Assembly: GCA_951406725.2 (NCBI GenBank)
Contig: OX597829.1
Location: 17,174,001 to 17,238,000, forward strand
DNA from: Octopus vulgaris
Taxonomy: Eukaryota
Direction of reading: 5' to 3'
Length of the DNA stretch: 64,000 nt
Under the pieces are notes generated by a model that saw nothing but the letters and a program-made list of their open reading frames with translations, was not told where the DNA came from and made no database searches. The number at the start of each line of letters is the position of its first letter. The stretch's first letter is position 1. Both the position numbers and the translations under genes were made by a program. Below are positions 12,992 to 27,129 of this stretch, in pieces.

Positions 12992-13061
12992 GTTGTTGTT
13001 GTTGTTGTTGTTGTTGCTGTTGTTGTTGTTGTTGTTGTTATTGTTATTGTTATTATTATTA

Positions 13062-13146
<85 letters not shown>

Positions 13147-13506
13147 CACTGCTTGGAATCAAACTCGGAAATATTGAGGTTAGTAGCCCGCGCTCTAAAC
13201 CGCTATGCCATAGACGGTGAATTGACAAAATTGTTAGCTTCGCAGCATTTCGTCCGTCTTAACGCTCTGAGTTCAAATTCCGCCGAAGGCGACTTTGCTT
13301 TTCATCCTTTCGGGGTCAATTGAATAAGTACCAATTACGTAATAGAATCGATATAATCGATTAACCCCTTCTCCGACAATTTAAGGCCCTGTATCTTTAG
13401 TAAAAGGGATTACTATTGTTAGATATTAGGGACTGAATTGTGGGGTATTTGGCTGCTACTTTTAGCATAATTAGTTACTACTAAGGATCTTGACTATGTG
13501 CGTATG

Positions 13507-13550
<44 letters not shown>

Positions 13551-13761
13551 ATTTGTGTGTATGTACCTGTGTGCGTGTGTAGGTAGATACGTACTGTGTT
13601 CATTTATGCGTGAGTTGGCGTCTGTGTGTTAGAGCGCAAGAGGGCGTGTGCGTTTAAGTGTGACTTGAATTTTCGCGCTTCACTGAGTGTATGTGAGTGC
13701 GTGAGTGTGACTTCTGTACGTGTTCACGTGGTTGACTTTCAAGCATGCGTGTGTGTGTATG

Positions 13762-13799
<38 letters not shown>

Positions 13800-14239
13800 G
13801 GTGTGCGTGTTACTATGATGCATATGTTTGTGTGAACGTGTGTGTCGTGTGTTTGTGAGCGTCACTCGTGTGGGTGTGTCCACACGCGCGCGCGCGTTCT
13901 TTTTGGCAATGTTATGAGAGAGTGTGGTGAAGGTAGCGGGGGGAGGGAATTGAGTAGAAGAAAGGAAGGAAGGAAAGAAGGAAGGAAGAGGGTAAAGGTG
14001 GCAGTGATTATAGGGGGTGGGTGGGGGAATGGAAAGGAAGGGATGGTGGACGTGGATTGAAAGACGGAGAAAAGAAGCAGGGGGAAGGGGAATTGTTGTA
14101 AGAGGCGGAGAAGAGGGAGGAAAAGAGGGTATGTGAGTGTGTGGGGTGGGGGTGGGGGTGGGGGTGGAATGGAGGTGAGATGTGTGTGAGATAAAGGATC
14201 TCTGTTGTACATGGGAATGAGGAAGGAGGCGGAAAGCGT

Positions 14240-14760
14240 AACGATGACGACGATGACGATGACGATGATGACGATGGTGGTGATGGTGATGGTGATGATG
14301 ATGGTTGTGATGACGGTGATGATGGTGGTGGTGGTGGTGGTGGTGGTGATGATGAGGGTGGTGATGATGGTGTGGTAGTGATGGTGGTGGTAGTGGTGGT
14401 GACGATGATGGTAGTGGTGATGATGAGGATGTTGGTGGTGATGGTGATGATGATGGTGGTGGTGGTGGTGGTGGTGCTGGTGGTGGTGCTGGTGGTGACG
14501 ACGAGGACAACGACATGAAGACAATAACGATGATGATGATGGTGATGTGTGGTGACATTCATCTTGTTATCGATGATCTTTCTAGTTCCGCTGTTTAAGT
14601 AGACTTATAAAAGCCCGGTACTCACCATCATCATCATCATCGTCGTCGTCGTCACCACCACCACCACCACCACCACCACCACCAGCAGCAGCACTATCAC
14701 AACCCTCATCATCAACATCGTCATCATCATCATCACCATCAGCATCGTCAGCACCCATCG
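14240..14760. repeat. (GAT/GGT)n then (CAT/CAC)n low-complexity tracts
   Basis: Direct reading; source of poly-H/P/T ORFs 13680..14562. Confidence 0.85.
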
Positions 14761-15048
14761 CAGTCGTCTTTACACTTTCCAACCTCTTTCCTCATTTCCG
14801 TATGCGACAATGCAACTCCCCCGTCGTTTTTCTTTTTCCCCGTCGGGTTATTATGGTCAGTAATACCCTAATTATCCAATGTTTTTCCATTTCTTTTGAT
14901 ATAAGCGAAGTGAGATATAATGGAGGTTTGGCTATTGTTTCTGCTTCTAAAATGCCGTATGGTGAAATTGTTAGGAGACGATATACAGTATTGGCCAAAA
15001 TTAAATTAAAATTCCATAAATACTTAATATTCAATTTTATTTATTCAT

Positions 15049-15320
15049 TCGGATCTTTTCACTTTGACCGACAGATTTTTAAAAATAATTTCTTTGTAAC
15101 TAAACACTTTCAAATTTCATATGACACAGCAAATAATTGTTGTTGACACAGACGTCATTGATTGGTTGAAATTGCCGAAATGCATGAAATTAAACAACAA
15201 ATAGCTTACAAACTATAGAATTTTCTCAATAAAGCCAAGAGAAAAAGATGTTTTATAAACACATTCTACCAGTATACGAAGTTTAAAAGTGTTTAGTTAC
15301 CTGGAAATTATGTTAAAAAT
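15049..15320 (+). mobile_element. MITE fragment related to 57357-57774
   Basis: Starts ggatcttttc..tttaaaaataatttc..gtaactaaacacttt; 15160-15310 is the reverse complement of 57400-57545. Confidence 0.65.
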
Positions 15321-15920
15321 CAATTCATTCCAATTATGAATTTAAAAAAATTAAATGCTGTGAGTTAAAAATATATTTATACGGCGAGCTTCTTTAGGTT
15401 TCTGTTTACCAAATTTACTCACAAGGCTTTGGTCGGCCGCGAGGCTGCACGAAAAAGACACTTGTCTAAGGTGCCACGCAGTGGGGCTGAACACGGAAGC
15501 ATGTAGTTGGGAAGTAAGCTTCTTACCACATAGCCACACCTGATTCCAAATTTTGGCACAAGGCCTGGAGTTTGGGGGAGAGGGTTTAAGTCTACAACAT
15601 CAACCACAGTGTTCAACTATTACTTATTCAATTGACCCCTGAAAGAATGAAAAGCAAAGTTGACCACGGCGGAATTTGAACACCCCCCCCCCCCACACAC
15701 ACACATATACTTTCCTGAGCGTCCAATAATACTTTATTTGTTCCACATCCTTGCGTTGTTGTCTTTTTGTTTTCTTGTTTGGATTAACTTTATATATATA
15801 TACATATATATATATTTACATACACATATATATATGTATACATACACACACATATATATATACATGCACATAATATATATATACATACACACATATATAT
15901 ATACATATATACATACACAC

Positions 15921-16041
<121 letters not shown>

Positions 16042-16170
16042 TAAGGGTGAGAGAATTAGATACTAATTTAATAGTATATTTATTCCACACCAAGTGGCCT
16101 AGTGCTACGAGAAACCTGGATTATTATAATATTTTATAACATATTATAATATTTTCATAAATATTATATT

Positions 16171-16213
<43 letters not shown>

Positions 16214-16216
<3 letters not shown>

Positions 16217-16590
16217 TAGCAGAATTGCCCGGCGATGCTCGGGGCTGAATTGCTTGAAAGTACTGTTAATGATTGCACTAAATTATGATGATTATTCAGG
16301 CAAATATTGATATAAGTTTACGGCGAATGAATGTATTTGTAAGTGTATAGAAAGCCGTGTAAAGGGGTTCCAATCCCCTCGTAGAATGGTGTAAGAATTG
16401 AATGCGAGGTTGCCTTGAAAAGAGCGATGTTATTGTTCTCATAATTGTAAGAATTTGATAGTCGTGGAAGGCGGTATAAAACGTTCGCAGGTACACTAAG
16501 AAGAGTTTTTTTCGTCAGTAGGAAATTCTTTAAGCAGGGAATAATGAATTTGCTCACGAAATACTGGAATGAAACGGTAATTATATCATT
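16214..16590 (+). mobile_element. Helentron-type non-autonomous element terminus (HINE/DINE-like)
   Basis: Begins tactagcagaattgcccggcgatgctcggg (subterminal hairpin) after (TA)n; same terminus type as 23137 and 41856. Confidence 0.55.
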
Positions 16591-16591
16591 A

Positions 16592-16890
16592 ATTGTTTGT
16601 TCCTTCTCGAGCCACGCCTGGATCTTAAGGGTCGGTTTCCCGGTTTCCTTGGCGTATAGGTACCGGTACCTCGCCTGTCCGTCGCAGGTGAGCTGCAAGA
16701 TGCAGGAGGAAAGAGTGAGAGAAAGTTGTGGCGAAAGAGTCAGCAGAAGTTCGCCATTACCTTCTGCCGGAGCCGCGTGGAGATTAGGTGTTTCGCTCAT
16801 AAACACACACATCGTCCGGTCTGAGATTCGAACCTGCGATCCCTCGGCCGCGAGTCCGCTGCTCTAACCACTATGCCATGTGCCTCCACA
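16592..16890 (-). mobile_element. SINE family C (tRNA head) with its own 3' tail
   Basis: Head gtggaggcacatggcatagtggttagagcagcggactcgcgg..ggttcgaatctcagaccgg; shared body caactttctctcactctttc. Confidence 0.8.
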
Positions 16891-17432
16891 TATCAGTAAA
16901 TGAAGATACAGGAACGAAACAGTAATTATATCATTAATAGAATAAATCGCTTTATGTTTACAACTTGTGTCATATTTTCTCTTAAAAAGAGGAACGGACG
17001 TTCTGATCAACCAAGTATTATAAGCTATCTGTGTGTACATAAGTGTTTGCGTATGTGTGTATATCTGCATGTATATAATTTGAGTATGCGTATGTATAGA
17101 TGACTTTTTTATTGCTTATATAATTATATTCTCGATGTGTGTATAATTATATGCATTATTATCTATGTTTATAGTAAATGTAAGGATACTATCTGTGTAT
17201 GCATTAATATATAATTTTTATCACCTGTGTGCGCATAATTACAAAATGTAAATTGTTATACGCATGTGTTTATTTATTCAGTTTGATCATCTATGTGTGT
17301 GTGTGTGTGTGTGTGTGTATAATATACATGCATATACACGCATAGACATAAGATGTATGTATATAAGATATGCAAGTGTATTATCTCTGAATGTATATGC
17401 GTGCCTTATCTAATTCTACGTACATACATACA

Positions 17433-17493
<61 letters not shown>

Positions 17494-17532
17494 GACACAC
17501 ACATACACACATATATATATATATATATACAT

Positions 17533-17938
17533 AGGCGCAGGAGTGGCTGTGTGGTAAGTAGCTTGCTTACCAACCACTTGTTTCCGGGTTCAGTCTCACT
17601 GCATGGCACCTTGGGTAAATGTTTTCTACTATAGCCTCGGGCCGACCAAAATCTTGTGAGTGGATTTGGTAGACGGAAACTGAAAGAAGCCCGTCGTATG
17701 TATGTATATGTATATATGTGCGTGTGTGTTTGTGTGTGTCTGTGTTTGTTCCCCCAACATCGCCTGACAACCGATGGCGGTGTGATTACATCCCCGTCAC
17801 TTAGCGGTTTGGCAAAAGAGACCGAAATAATAAGTACTAGGCTTACAAAGAATAAGTCTTGGGATCGATTTGCTCGACTAAAGGCGGTGCTCCAGCAAGG
17901 CCGCAGTCAAATGACTGAAACAAGTAAAAGAGTAAACG
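17533..17938 (+). mobile_element. SINE family B (tRNA head, CORE-like accttgggcaagt segment, internal microsatellite)
   Basis: ggcgcaggagtggctgtgtggtaag..ccgggttcagtc..caccttggg..; tail ggccgcagtcaaatgactgaaacaagtaaaagag. Confidence 0.88.
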
Positions 17939-17979
17939 AGTAATATATATACGTATATACATACATATATACATACATA

Positions 17980-18045
<66 letters not shown>

Positions 18046-18432
18046 TCTTTTATTCTTTTACTTGTTTCAGTCATTTTACCGCGGCCATGCAGGAGCATCG
18101 CATTTAATCGAACAAATCGCCCCCAGGACTTATTCTTTGTAAGCCTAGTACTTATTCTAGCAGTGTATTTTGCCGAACCGCTAAGTTACGGGACGTAAAC
18201 ACAACAACGGTTGTCAAGCGATGGTGAGGTGACAAACACTGACACACAAATACACACATATATATATACAACGGGCTTCTTTCAGTTTCCGTCAAACAAA
18301 TCCATTCACGAGGCTTTGATCGGCCCTAGACTATAGTAGACGACACTTGCCCAAGGTGCCACGCAGTGGGACTGAACCCGGAACCAAGTGGCTGGGAAGT
18401 AAGCTTCTTACCAGATAGCCATTCCTGCACCT
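18046..18432 (-). mobile_element. SINE family B, inverted relative to 17533-17938
   Basis: Reverse complement of the preceding copy, separated by ~105 bp (TA)n. Confidence 0.88.
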
Positions 18433-18444
18433 ATGTATATATAT

Positions 18445-18728
18445 ATATCGACTCCAGTGCGAAAATGGTACTTTATTTATCGACCCCGAAAGGATGAAAG
18501 GCAAAGTCGAACTCGTCGGAATTTGAACTCAGAACGTAACGACAGACGAAATACCTATTTCTTTACTACCCACAAAGGGTTAAATACAGAGAGGACAAAC
18601 AAAGACAGACAAAACGGATTAAGTCGATTACATCGACCCCAGTGCGTAACTGGTTCTTAATTTATCGACCCCGAAAGGATGAAAGGCAAAGTCGACCTCG
18701 GCGGAATTTGAACCCAGAACTCGCCGCC
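18445..18728 (-). mobile_element. SINE family A, partial tandem
   Basis: Two family A cores (tttatcgaccccgaaaggatgaaaggcaaagtcga). Confidence 0.8.
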
Positions 18729-18993
18729 TTATGCATATACATATATACGTATATATATATGTATGTTTTTAAATCTTTTAGTTTCAATGTATTTTGTTGG
18801 GAGGTTCTATTTTTTCATAAGGCGTTCTTATCTCATTCTTCATCTTGGTCCAAGAGTGTGCGTCTCTTTTTTTCGTCTCTTTTATTAATTCCTGTTTTTC
18901 TTTAATTTCTTTTTCTTTTTTATTTTTTCCATGATTTTTTTTTCTTAAATTAAATTTATATATTTATGTATTTATTGCAAGCACTGGGTGTGC

Positions 18994-19024
<31 letters not shown>

Positions 19025-19210
19025 ACAGAGACAGACAGGCAGAGAGAGAAATGTGACAGGGAGACCCACATTGAGAGAAGGAAATAGAAAGACTGCATTA
19101 TATGTGTGTTTGTATGTGTGTACGTGTGTGTGAGTGTGCTTGCGTGTACTTATATATGAGGGAGAGAGAGACACACAGATACACACGCATTTATATATAT
19201 ATATATATAT

Positions 19211-19253
<43 letters not shown>

Positions 19254-20003
19254 AGGGCGGGGAGGTTTCAATTTAAGCATGCATTCTCTAGCATTAATAT
19301 AAAAAATAAAATAAATAAAATGAAATGAAATAGAAAAAAAAAAAACCAAAAAAAATAAAAGCTAAAAAGTGAAAACGAAATAGCTTGCGCCTCAGACAGA
19401 AATATGAGTAAATTTTAACACAACCACTTGCTCAACATAGGACACTCGTGGGAAATTTGACAAAAGAAGTAGATAGCAGAAGGAAGAAAGTGAAGAAAGT
19501 AAAGAAAGAAGGAAAGAAAAGAAAAAGGGAAAGAAAGAAAGAAAGAAAAGAAAGTAAGGAAAGAAGGGAAGTAAGGAAAGAAAGAAAGGAAAGAAGAAGA
19601 AGAAGGAGAAGGGGAGGTGAGAAAGAAAGAGAAGAGGAAAAAAGAAAGAAAGAAGGAAACACTACCAGACAGAAAAATCAAATGAATAATAATAATAATA
19701 ATAATAAAACAAAAACAGTAAATAAAAAAATTAAACCAAGACAAATAACAAAAACTATCAAAACAAAATAGTAGGATAGGAAAGGAAGAGGGGGGATATA
19801 TAAACAAAAAATGGGATACTGAGATGTATATATATATATATATTTAAATGCATACGCTCATAGACAGACACATACATACACGCACATGGATACGTATATA
19901 TATACATACACACACACACGCGCAGAGAGAGAGAGAGAGAGAGAGAAGAGAGAGAAAAACAGGGATTGCTACCCATTTAGCAAATGGATAGATAACTAGG
20001 TAG

Positions 20004-20048
<45 letters not shown>

Positions 20049-20205
20049 TATACATATATATATACATATATATACATATATATATACATATATACACACA
20101 TATATATATACATATATATACATATATACACATATATATACATATATATATTCATATATATATATACATATCTATATATACATATATACATACATATATA
20201 CATAC

Positions 20206-20354
<149 letters not shown>

Positions 20355-20416
20355 CATACAGGGAGAGGTGTGAGGGAGGAATAGAGAGAGATTGGTAGAT
20401 ATACACACATTCATCC

Positions 20417-20479
<63 letters not shown>

Positions 20480-20930
20480 CTGAATTGACTAGACGGCAAA
20501 GCAAAGCAGAGCAGAAAGGTTGCACGGAGCAGAATAAGAGCATGACCGAGACAAAAGGGAACAAGAACATAAGGTAAAAATATAGAAGGGGGAGTAAGTA
20601 AGAAGAGTGTGAGGGAGAGGAGAGTGAGTGAGTAACAGAGACAGAGTAATGGTTGGTTAACGAAAGCGTTTCGCATTGAGATTAAGCGGGATTAAAAGTG
20701 GTGAATATCTTAGGATGGCGAAGTGGCGCAGTCGTTTGGATGGTGAGGTGGCACAGTCGTTAGCATGTTCGCCCAAAATGCTTTGTGGCATTTATGTTTG
20801 TCTTTACGTTTTGAGTGCAAGTTCCACTGAGTTTGACTTTGCCTTTCATCTTCCTGAGTCGATTAAAATAAGTTTTTTTTCTCTCCTTTTTTTTCTCTCC
20901 TTTTTTTCTCTCCTTGTTTTTTCTGTGTCA

Positions 20931-20966
20931 CTTTCTGTAGAAGTGCGTAGGCTCGAAACGTAAAAG
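20931..20966 (+). ncRNA. Hammerhead-like motif, CUGUAGA family copy 1 (element ~20905-21045)
   Basis: cuuu-CUGUAGA-A-GUGC-guag-GCUC-GAAA-CG-UA-aaag. Confidence 0.55.
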
Positions 20967-21473
20967 ACTTTTTCTATTCCTGAGCGTTATACTAATACAT
21001 CTGTTTGTTTTGTACACCACCTGTCTTCATCTTTTGTTTTTTTTTCATTATGCTGGGGCACCGCCTTGATGAATTTTAGCGCCGTTTCTTCCGGCTCTTT
21101 ACGTTCTGAATTCAGATTTCGCTGAGATCACCTTTTTGTATCAGTTTGGGATTAATAAAACAAAATACCATTCAAGTACTTGGGTCAATGCAATCGATTA
21201 GCCTCCTCAGAATTGCTGGCCTTGCACTCTGCAACACACAAGCGTCCCCTTCATGGTCAGTGTTTTTGTTTCAGTCGATTATGTCATGGAAACCGAGTAA
21301 CCGGCCTTTATGAGTCCTAAATCTATCAGAAAATAATGATAATAACACGCATACACATACGTTCTGAGTTCAAATTCGTCCGAGTTCAACTTTGCATTTC
21401 ATTGTTTCAGGTGGGGATCTAAACTTGTTGGCCTTGTGCCAATACTGGAGGCAATTATTATCTTTATCATTAC

Positions 21474-22060
21474 GGCTGTGACCTGGCAGATTCGTTAGCA
21501 CGCCGGACAAAATGCTTAGCAGTATTTCGTCCGTCATTGCGTTCTGAGATCAAATTCCGCCGATGTCGACTTTGCTTTTCATCCTTTCGGGGTCAATTAA
21601 ATAAGTACCAGTTACGCACTGTGGTCGATATAATCGACTTAATCCGTTTGTCTGTCCTTGTTTGTCCCCTTTGTGTTTAGCCCCTTGTGGGTAATAAAGA
21701 AATAGATATTTCGTCCGTCGTTATGTTCTGAGTTCAAATTCTGCCGAGATCGACTTTGCCATTCATCCTTTCGGGGTCGATAAATTAAGTACCAGTTACG
21801 CACTAGGGTCGATGTAATCGACTTAATCCGTTTGTCTGTCCTTGTTTGTCCCCTCTGTGTTTAGCCCCTTGTGGGTAGTAAAGAAAAAATAGATATTTCG
21901 ACCGTCGTTACGTTCTGAATTCAAATTCTGCCGAGATCGACTTTGTCTTTCAACCCTTTCGGGGTCGATAAATAAAGTACCAGTTAAGCACTGGGGTCGA
22001 TGTAATCAACTTGCCCTTCCCCCGAAATTGTTGGCCTTGTGCCAAAATTTGAAACCATTA
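21474..22060 (+). mobile_element. SINE family A: head followed by ~3 tandem body units
   Basis: Head ggctgtgacctggcagattcgttagcacgccgg, then body repeats near 21525, 21708, 21896. Confidence 0.85.
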
Positions 22061-22451
22061 TTATTAAGGCTGTGAGCTCACAGAAACGCTAGTGTGACGA
22101 ACAAGGTTATGTCTCTCGCTCTCTTTGTGTCTGTTTACCTCTCTCTCTCTCTCACACACACATGCACACATATGCTTGCACACACACACACACACACACA
22201 CACGAATACATACAAAAATGTATAATTGCGTGCTTAAAGCCTTGTGTTTATATGTAATGTTTTAAATGTACGCCATTATTTCCTGTCGATGTGGACGTGT
22301 GTTATAGTTTCATTTCTCGTTTCATTCTCGTTTGAGGCGGAGTAACGGAATGGCTTTTGTTTTATCTTATTCTGTTTTTAAGTTTCGTTTCATTTTTGTA
22401 CATTTTGTGTACTGTTTTATGTTTGTCTTTCTTCAATTTTAATTTTTACAT

Positions 22452-22502
<51 letters not shown>

Positions 22503-22582
22503 TTAGTTTATCTTCGTGCTTTAGAATTTGTTTTCAATACTTGTCGTTTTATATTATTCCAGTGTTTAAAAAGGTGTATATA

Positions 22583-22817
22583 TATCTGTTTCTTTATTGC
22601 CCACAAGGGGATAAACATAGAGGGGACAAACAAGGACAGACAAACGGATTAAGTCGATTATATCGACCTCATTGCGTAACTGGTACTTAATTTATCGACC
22701 CCGAAAGGATGAATGGCAAAGTCGACCTCGACGGAATTTGAACTCGGAACGTATCGACAGACGAAATACAGCTACGCATTTCGCCCGGCGTGCTAACGTT
22801 TCTGCCAGTTCGCCGCC
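22583..22817 (-). mobile_element. Full-length SINE family A with 18-bp target-site duplication
   Basis: tttaaaaaggtgtatata at 22565-22582 and 22818-22835 flanks the element. Confidence 0.92.
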
Positions 22818-23136
22818 TTTAAAAAGGTGTATATAATTTTTGTTTGCTTTGTGTTTTATTGGTGTCTCACATGTTTGTTTCTCTCTCTCTCATACCCTTC
22901 GCCTCTCTCTCATTCCTTTCCCCCCTCTCTCTCTCACTCTCTCTCTCTCTTATACTCTTCTTTTGCTTGAAACCTGTGTGTCAAAAATGTAAATACACTC
23001 CTCATCTTGAATAGTGACAGAGTGAAATGCCTAAAAATATATTTCAAGATATATATTTAAGAAATATGAAATTGGGGAAACAACATAAAATACAAATGAA
23101 ATACAATATTAAAAAATCTGCAATATATATATATAT

Positions 23137-23490
23137 ACTAGCAGTATCACCCGGCGTTGCTTGGGTTTGTAAGGGAAATAACTATATAAGCATTTTTAGA
23201 GATGTAAAGTATAATAGCCATCTCAATATGGCTAACCACAAAGGGGGGGTGTTACTGTAGCTTTTTACATTCTGAGATTTAACAAAAATTTTTTAGAGAG
23301 TTACTTCCCTTATATATGCCAAAAATGCATTAAAAATGGGAAAAATTGATGGTAATTTTTTTTTAAAATCATAGACTCATCGTAGACGCGCACTAATACC
23401 CAGAAGGGCTCGATATGAATCACGACTATAAGATACCCGGTTTTGGTTAAACTGCACCGCAAAATGTGGGAGTAGTTAGGAATCTAAATC
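23137..23490 (+). mobile_element. Helentron-type non-autonomous element (HINE/DINE-like)
   Basis: tactagcagtatcacccggcgttgcttgggtttgtaagggaaataacta... ending gacagacacacaacttctcttttatatataaaga; same terminus as 41472-41856. Confidence 0.65.
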
Positions 23491-23494
23491 GTAG

Positions 23495-23725
23495 GAGACA
23501 GACACACAACTTCTCTTTTATATATAAAGATGTATGGAGAAAAGAAACTGGAGGAGTATCAGTTAATTATGATTTTATTCAGCATGTTCCCCTCTCAGAT
23601 CCACACACTTATTGGAGCGGTCCTTCAGCCTTTCTAAGCCTTGTGAAAGAAATCGGAGGGTTCGGCCTCCAACCAGGTCCTTCGTGATACTCTGAAAGCC
23701 AGGAATTTTTCAGCACCCTCTCGTA
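23495..23725 (-). mobile_element. Mariner-derived non-autonomous fragment
   Basis: Terminal tacgagagggtgctgaaaaattcctggcttt (minus) resembles mariner TIRs next to TA. Confidence 0.55.
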
Positions 23726-23989
23726 TAGTACCCGGTAAGATGTGATAAATATAGGGACCACTATATCAGAAATTCCACACTCAGATTTAAGCTTTTGCGC
23801 TCGGTTTTTGTACCCGAAATTCCTTTCTTCTCAACAACAGAGATCTACTTGCAGCCATATAAAATAAGACTCATTTTTATGGAAGTGGTACAACCCTTTG
23901 TTCCTCTCAGACTTTCGAAAAAAATGCATTATCCACAGGACAGGATTAAGAGCCATAAAGGCCCTAAACTCTTAAAAGATTTTGACACC

Positions 23990-24067
<78 letters not shown>

Positions 24068-24155
24068 AGTGTAGGTGGTATACGAGTGGGTATATATTTA
24101 TAAAAAAGAAGTTTGAAAACGCCACTATATAAGATAAATTTTAATTTTCTTAGAA

Positions 24156-24203
24156 ATTTTACATGTTTCGGTTCTTCTTGAAAAAACGAACCTTATCAAA
24201 AAT
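24156..24203 (-). ncRNA. Type I hammerhead ribozyme (U3-A8 variant) in a (TA)n-flanked insert 24062-24366
   Basis: auuu-UUGAUAA-GGUUC-guuuuuucaagaa-GAACC-GAAA-CAUG-UA-aaau; palindromic stem III ACAUGU. Confidence 0.78.
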
Positions 24204-24362
24204 ATTTTAAAAAGTTATAAGTAATAAAAAAAGTTCATGATTGTTTCTTACTAGTCTTAACAGAATCCACGTCGTGGTTTTTTGCGGGGAGGAAGCTTAA
24301 TAGATATCTTATGTGTTGACTAAAGTTGGGGAAATGACCAGTGGCCGAAATAGCAGTAGCAG

Positions 24363-24402
<40 letters not shown>

Positions 24403-24874
24403 CAAAATATAAACAATAATAAACCATAAAATACATTTCTATTTTTCAAAATAAATAAAACTAACAGTAAGATGGAAAATATTGTTTATTTGTGTGTACT
24501 TCCGCTTTATTTAAATTTGGAAAGTTTTTTCCCACTTTTTATAATTGCAGATCCTCAAAATTAATCTTACCTAACGCATCTGCTTCTGTACTTAGCAGAG
24601 TCAAGATATTCCAAATATTAGCTTCGCAAGTTTAAAGTGATTTCTTTTGTGCCGTAAACCTTTTACCATTCCTGTTGTGCCCCTCCCTTGTCTTGATGTC
24701 CTAAGTACGTTCTAATTTTGCTTAATGGTTAATCCAGCGCTGATTATCCACATGCAATATAGACGCCATACGCCAAACTTGCATTGGTTCCATAAACGGA
24801 CATCATGAAAGTTTCATTCAATGTGGACATACCGTATCAATGAAACTGAACAATAAAAGTTTCATCATCATCAT

Positions 24875-25250
24875 AGTCGCAAGTGTGGCTGTCTGGTAAG
24901 AAGCTTGCTTTTCAACCACATGACTCTGAGTTCATTCCCACTGCCTGGCACCTTGGGCGAGTGCTTTCTACTATAGCCTCGGCTTGTGAATGGATCTGAT
25001 AGGCGGAAACTGAAAGAAGCCCGTCGTATATATATACGTGTGTGCGCGTATATGTGTGAAACCACCGCCTGACAACCGGTGCTGGTGTGTTTACGCTCCT
25101 GCAACTTTGCAGTTGAGCAAAAGTGACCGATAGAATAAGTACTAAGCTTTAGAAAATATAAATCCTTGGGTCGATTTGTTCGACTAAGATCCTTCAAAGC
25201 TGTGCCCCAGCAAGGCCGCAGTCAAATGACTGACACAAATAAAAGATAAG
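24875..25250 (+). mobile_element. SINE family B
   Basis: Family B head, CORE-like segment and tail. Confidence 0.8.
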
Positions 25251-25415
25251 ATATGCAGAATATATATAATATGTATGTGTGTGTGTGTTTGCGTACACGG
25301 ATTTGAGGCATATACATAATACATATGTGATGACCCTTCTGTCCGCCACTAGTCGCCATGATAGATCGTTAGCCACTACACACATTTTTCTCTCTCCTTG
25401 TTTTTTTCTGTGTAC

Positions 25416-25451
25416 CTTTCTGTAGAAGAGCGTAGGTTGGAAACGTAAAAG
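25416..25451 (+). ncRNA. Hammerhead-like motif, CUGUAGA family copy 2 (element ~25330-25545)
   Basis: cuuu-CUGUAGA-A-GAGC-guag-GUUG-GAAA-CG-UA-aaag; stem II damaged; element ends in (TACA)n. Confidence 0.5.
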
Positions 25452-27129
25452 ACTTTTTCTATTCCTGATCGTTATACTAATACATCTGTTTGTTTTGTAC
25501 ACCACCGGTCTTCGTCTTTTGTTTTTTCCGCATACTCTCCCTATACATACATACATACATACATACATACATACATACATACATACATACATACATACAT
25601 ACATACATACATAGACATGCTTCACATACAGATTCTATATCTCACACAGACATGTTTGCGCAAATACGTGCAATGTCCTATGTATACCCCAAGGCATCTG
25701 CAATCATTAAAAAGAATGCAGATAGAAATGCAGATAGAAATGTTGAGAAAACAGATGATAAAGGGAATGTTTGAAAAATATTTGTAAAGCAAAAAAGAGA
25801 TAAGCTTTTGAGAGCTTACTAGACAGCATGTACGTCGTTACAGGACCTACTATAAATAACAGCCAAATTTCCCTCAATTCAAAAACACTGCCGTTTCGAA
25901 AACATGAAATCTATTACAGTGCCTGCAGATTTAGTTCCACTGTGTAGATCTAGATATACTCCACACACATACACACACACACATACATACATACATACAC
26001 ACATAGATACACGCACACATACATACATACATACATACATACATACATACATACATACATACATACATACATACATACATAGTCCAAGAAACCATTAGTT
26101 AGAAAAAATATACACTCGTATATTTGTCGATAGAGTGGGTACATAAATAAAAGTATACAGCATTATAGATCCATTTCAGTCGATATTATCAATCAGTTTC
26201 ACATTTTATCTAATTAATGAAAAAGGATATCACATAAAACAACAGTTAAGCATTCGTGTATGTATATTCATTTGAGTACTCTTTGCTGAGTTATGATGTG
26301 ATGGTGGAGGAACTGAAGATAGAGAACCTAATAATATACCTTCTTTCATGCGGACACGTTCTAAAATCTCGCTCTTTAGGTACTTGTCCGTGTGCTGAAA
26401 ATTATTGAATATGATTCTTTCCTCTTGTAGCCTTGTTAAAATAAGGCTACGAATAAAAGCGCGTGGAAATAAGTGGAAGGCTATCCGTGGGACTCGAACC
26501 CACTTCTGTAAACATAACAGACACGCTACCATTAATATATCCAAGCAATACTTTTAATTTTCTTCATTCATTTTAGAAGCTTTGTTCTTGCCAGTGAGAA
26601 TTGTATGATGCTTATGTCTTAAGAATTTTTTTAAAATGCAAAGAGATATGATGTAAATTATTTTCTAACGGTGGAAATCGAAATAGATGAATCTATAAAT
26701 AACAGCGCCAAGGATATTGGATTAAAAATATTAAAAAAAAACCCTTACATGGAACAAGTCGAACGCTGCCAATAAGACTGGAATCCGCACATACACACGC
26801 ACACACGCACACACGCACGCATATAACTGAGTCATTACAACTCGATGGTGGTCCACTGAAACTGATGAAATACAACCCAAAACTAAACTACGAACTGGTT
26901 GATTATGTCCAATATTAAGTGTGTGTTCGTACAAATTGCATGTGTCTTTTCTATGAAGTTGGCCAGATGGCTCCATTCCATCTTATATCTTTCACGTAGG
27001 CATTGATGTCATAGGTTTATTAATTCTTTAGTTATTTATTGAGGATGTCCAAATTAATCGACATGTGATACGTGAAGCATTTGCGTTTATCTGTTGCCTA
27101 AGCAAATGAATATTGTATATATATAAACT

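Noticed and set aside
13680-14562. Long Pro/His/Thr-rich ORFs in three minus frames
   Set aside because: Low-complexity (GAT/GGT)n and purine tracts lacking stops in all frames
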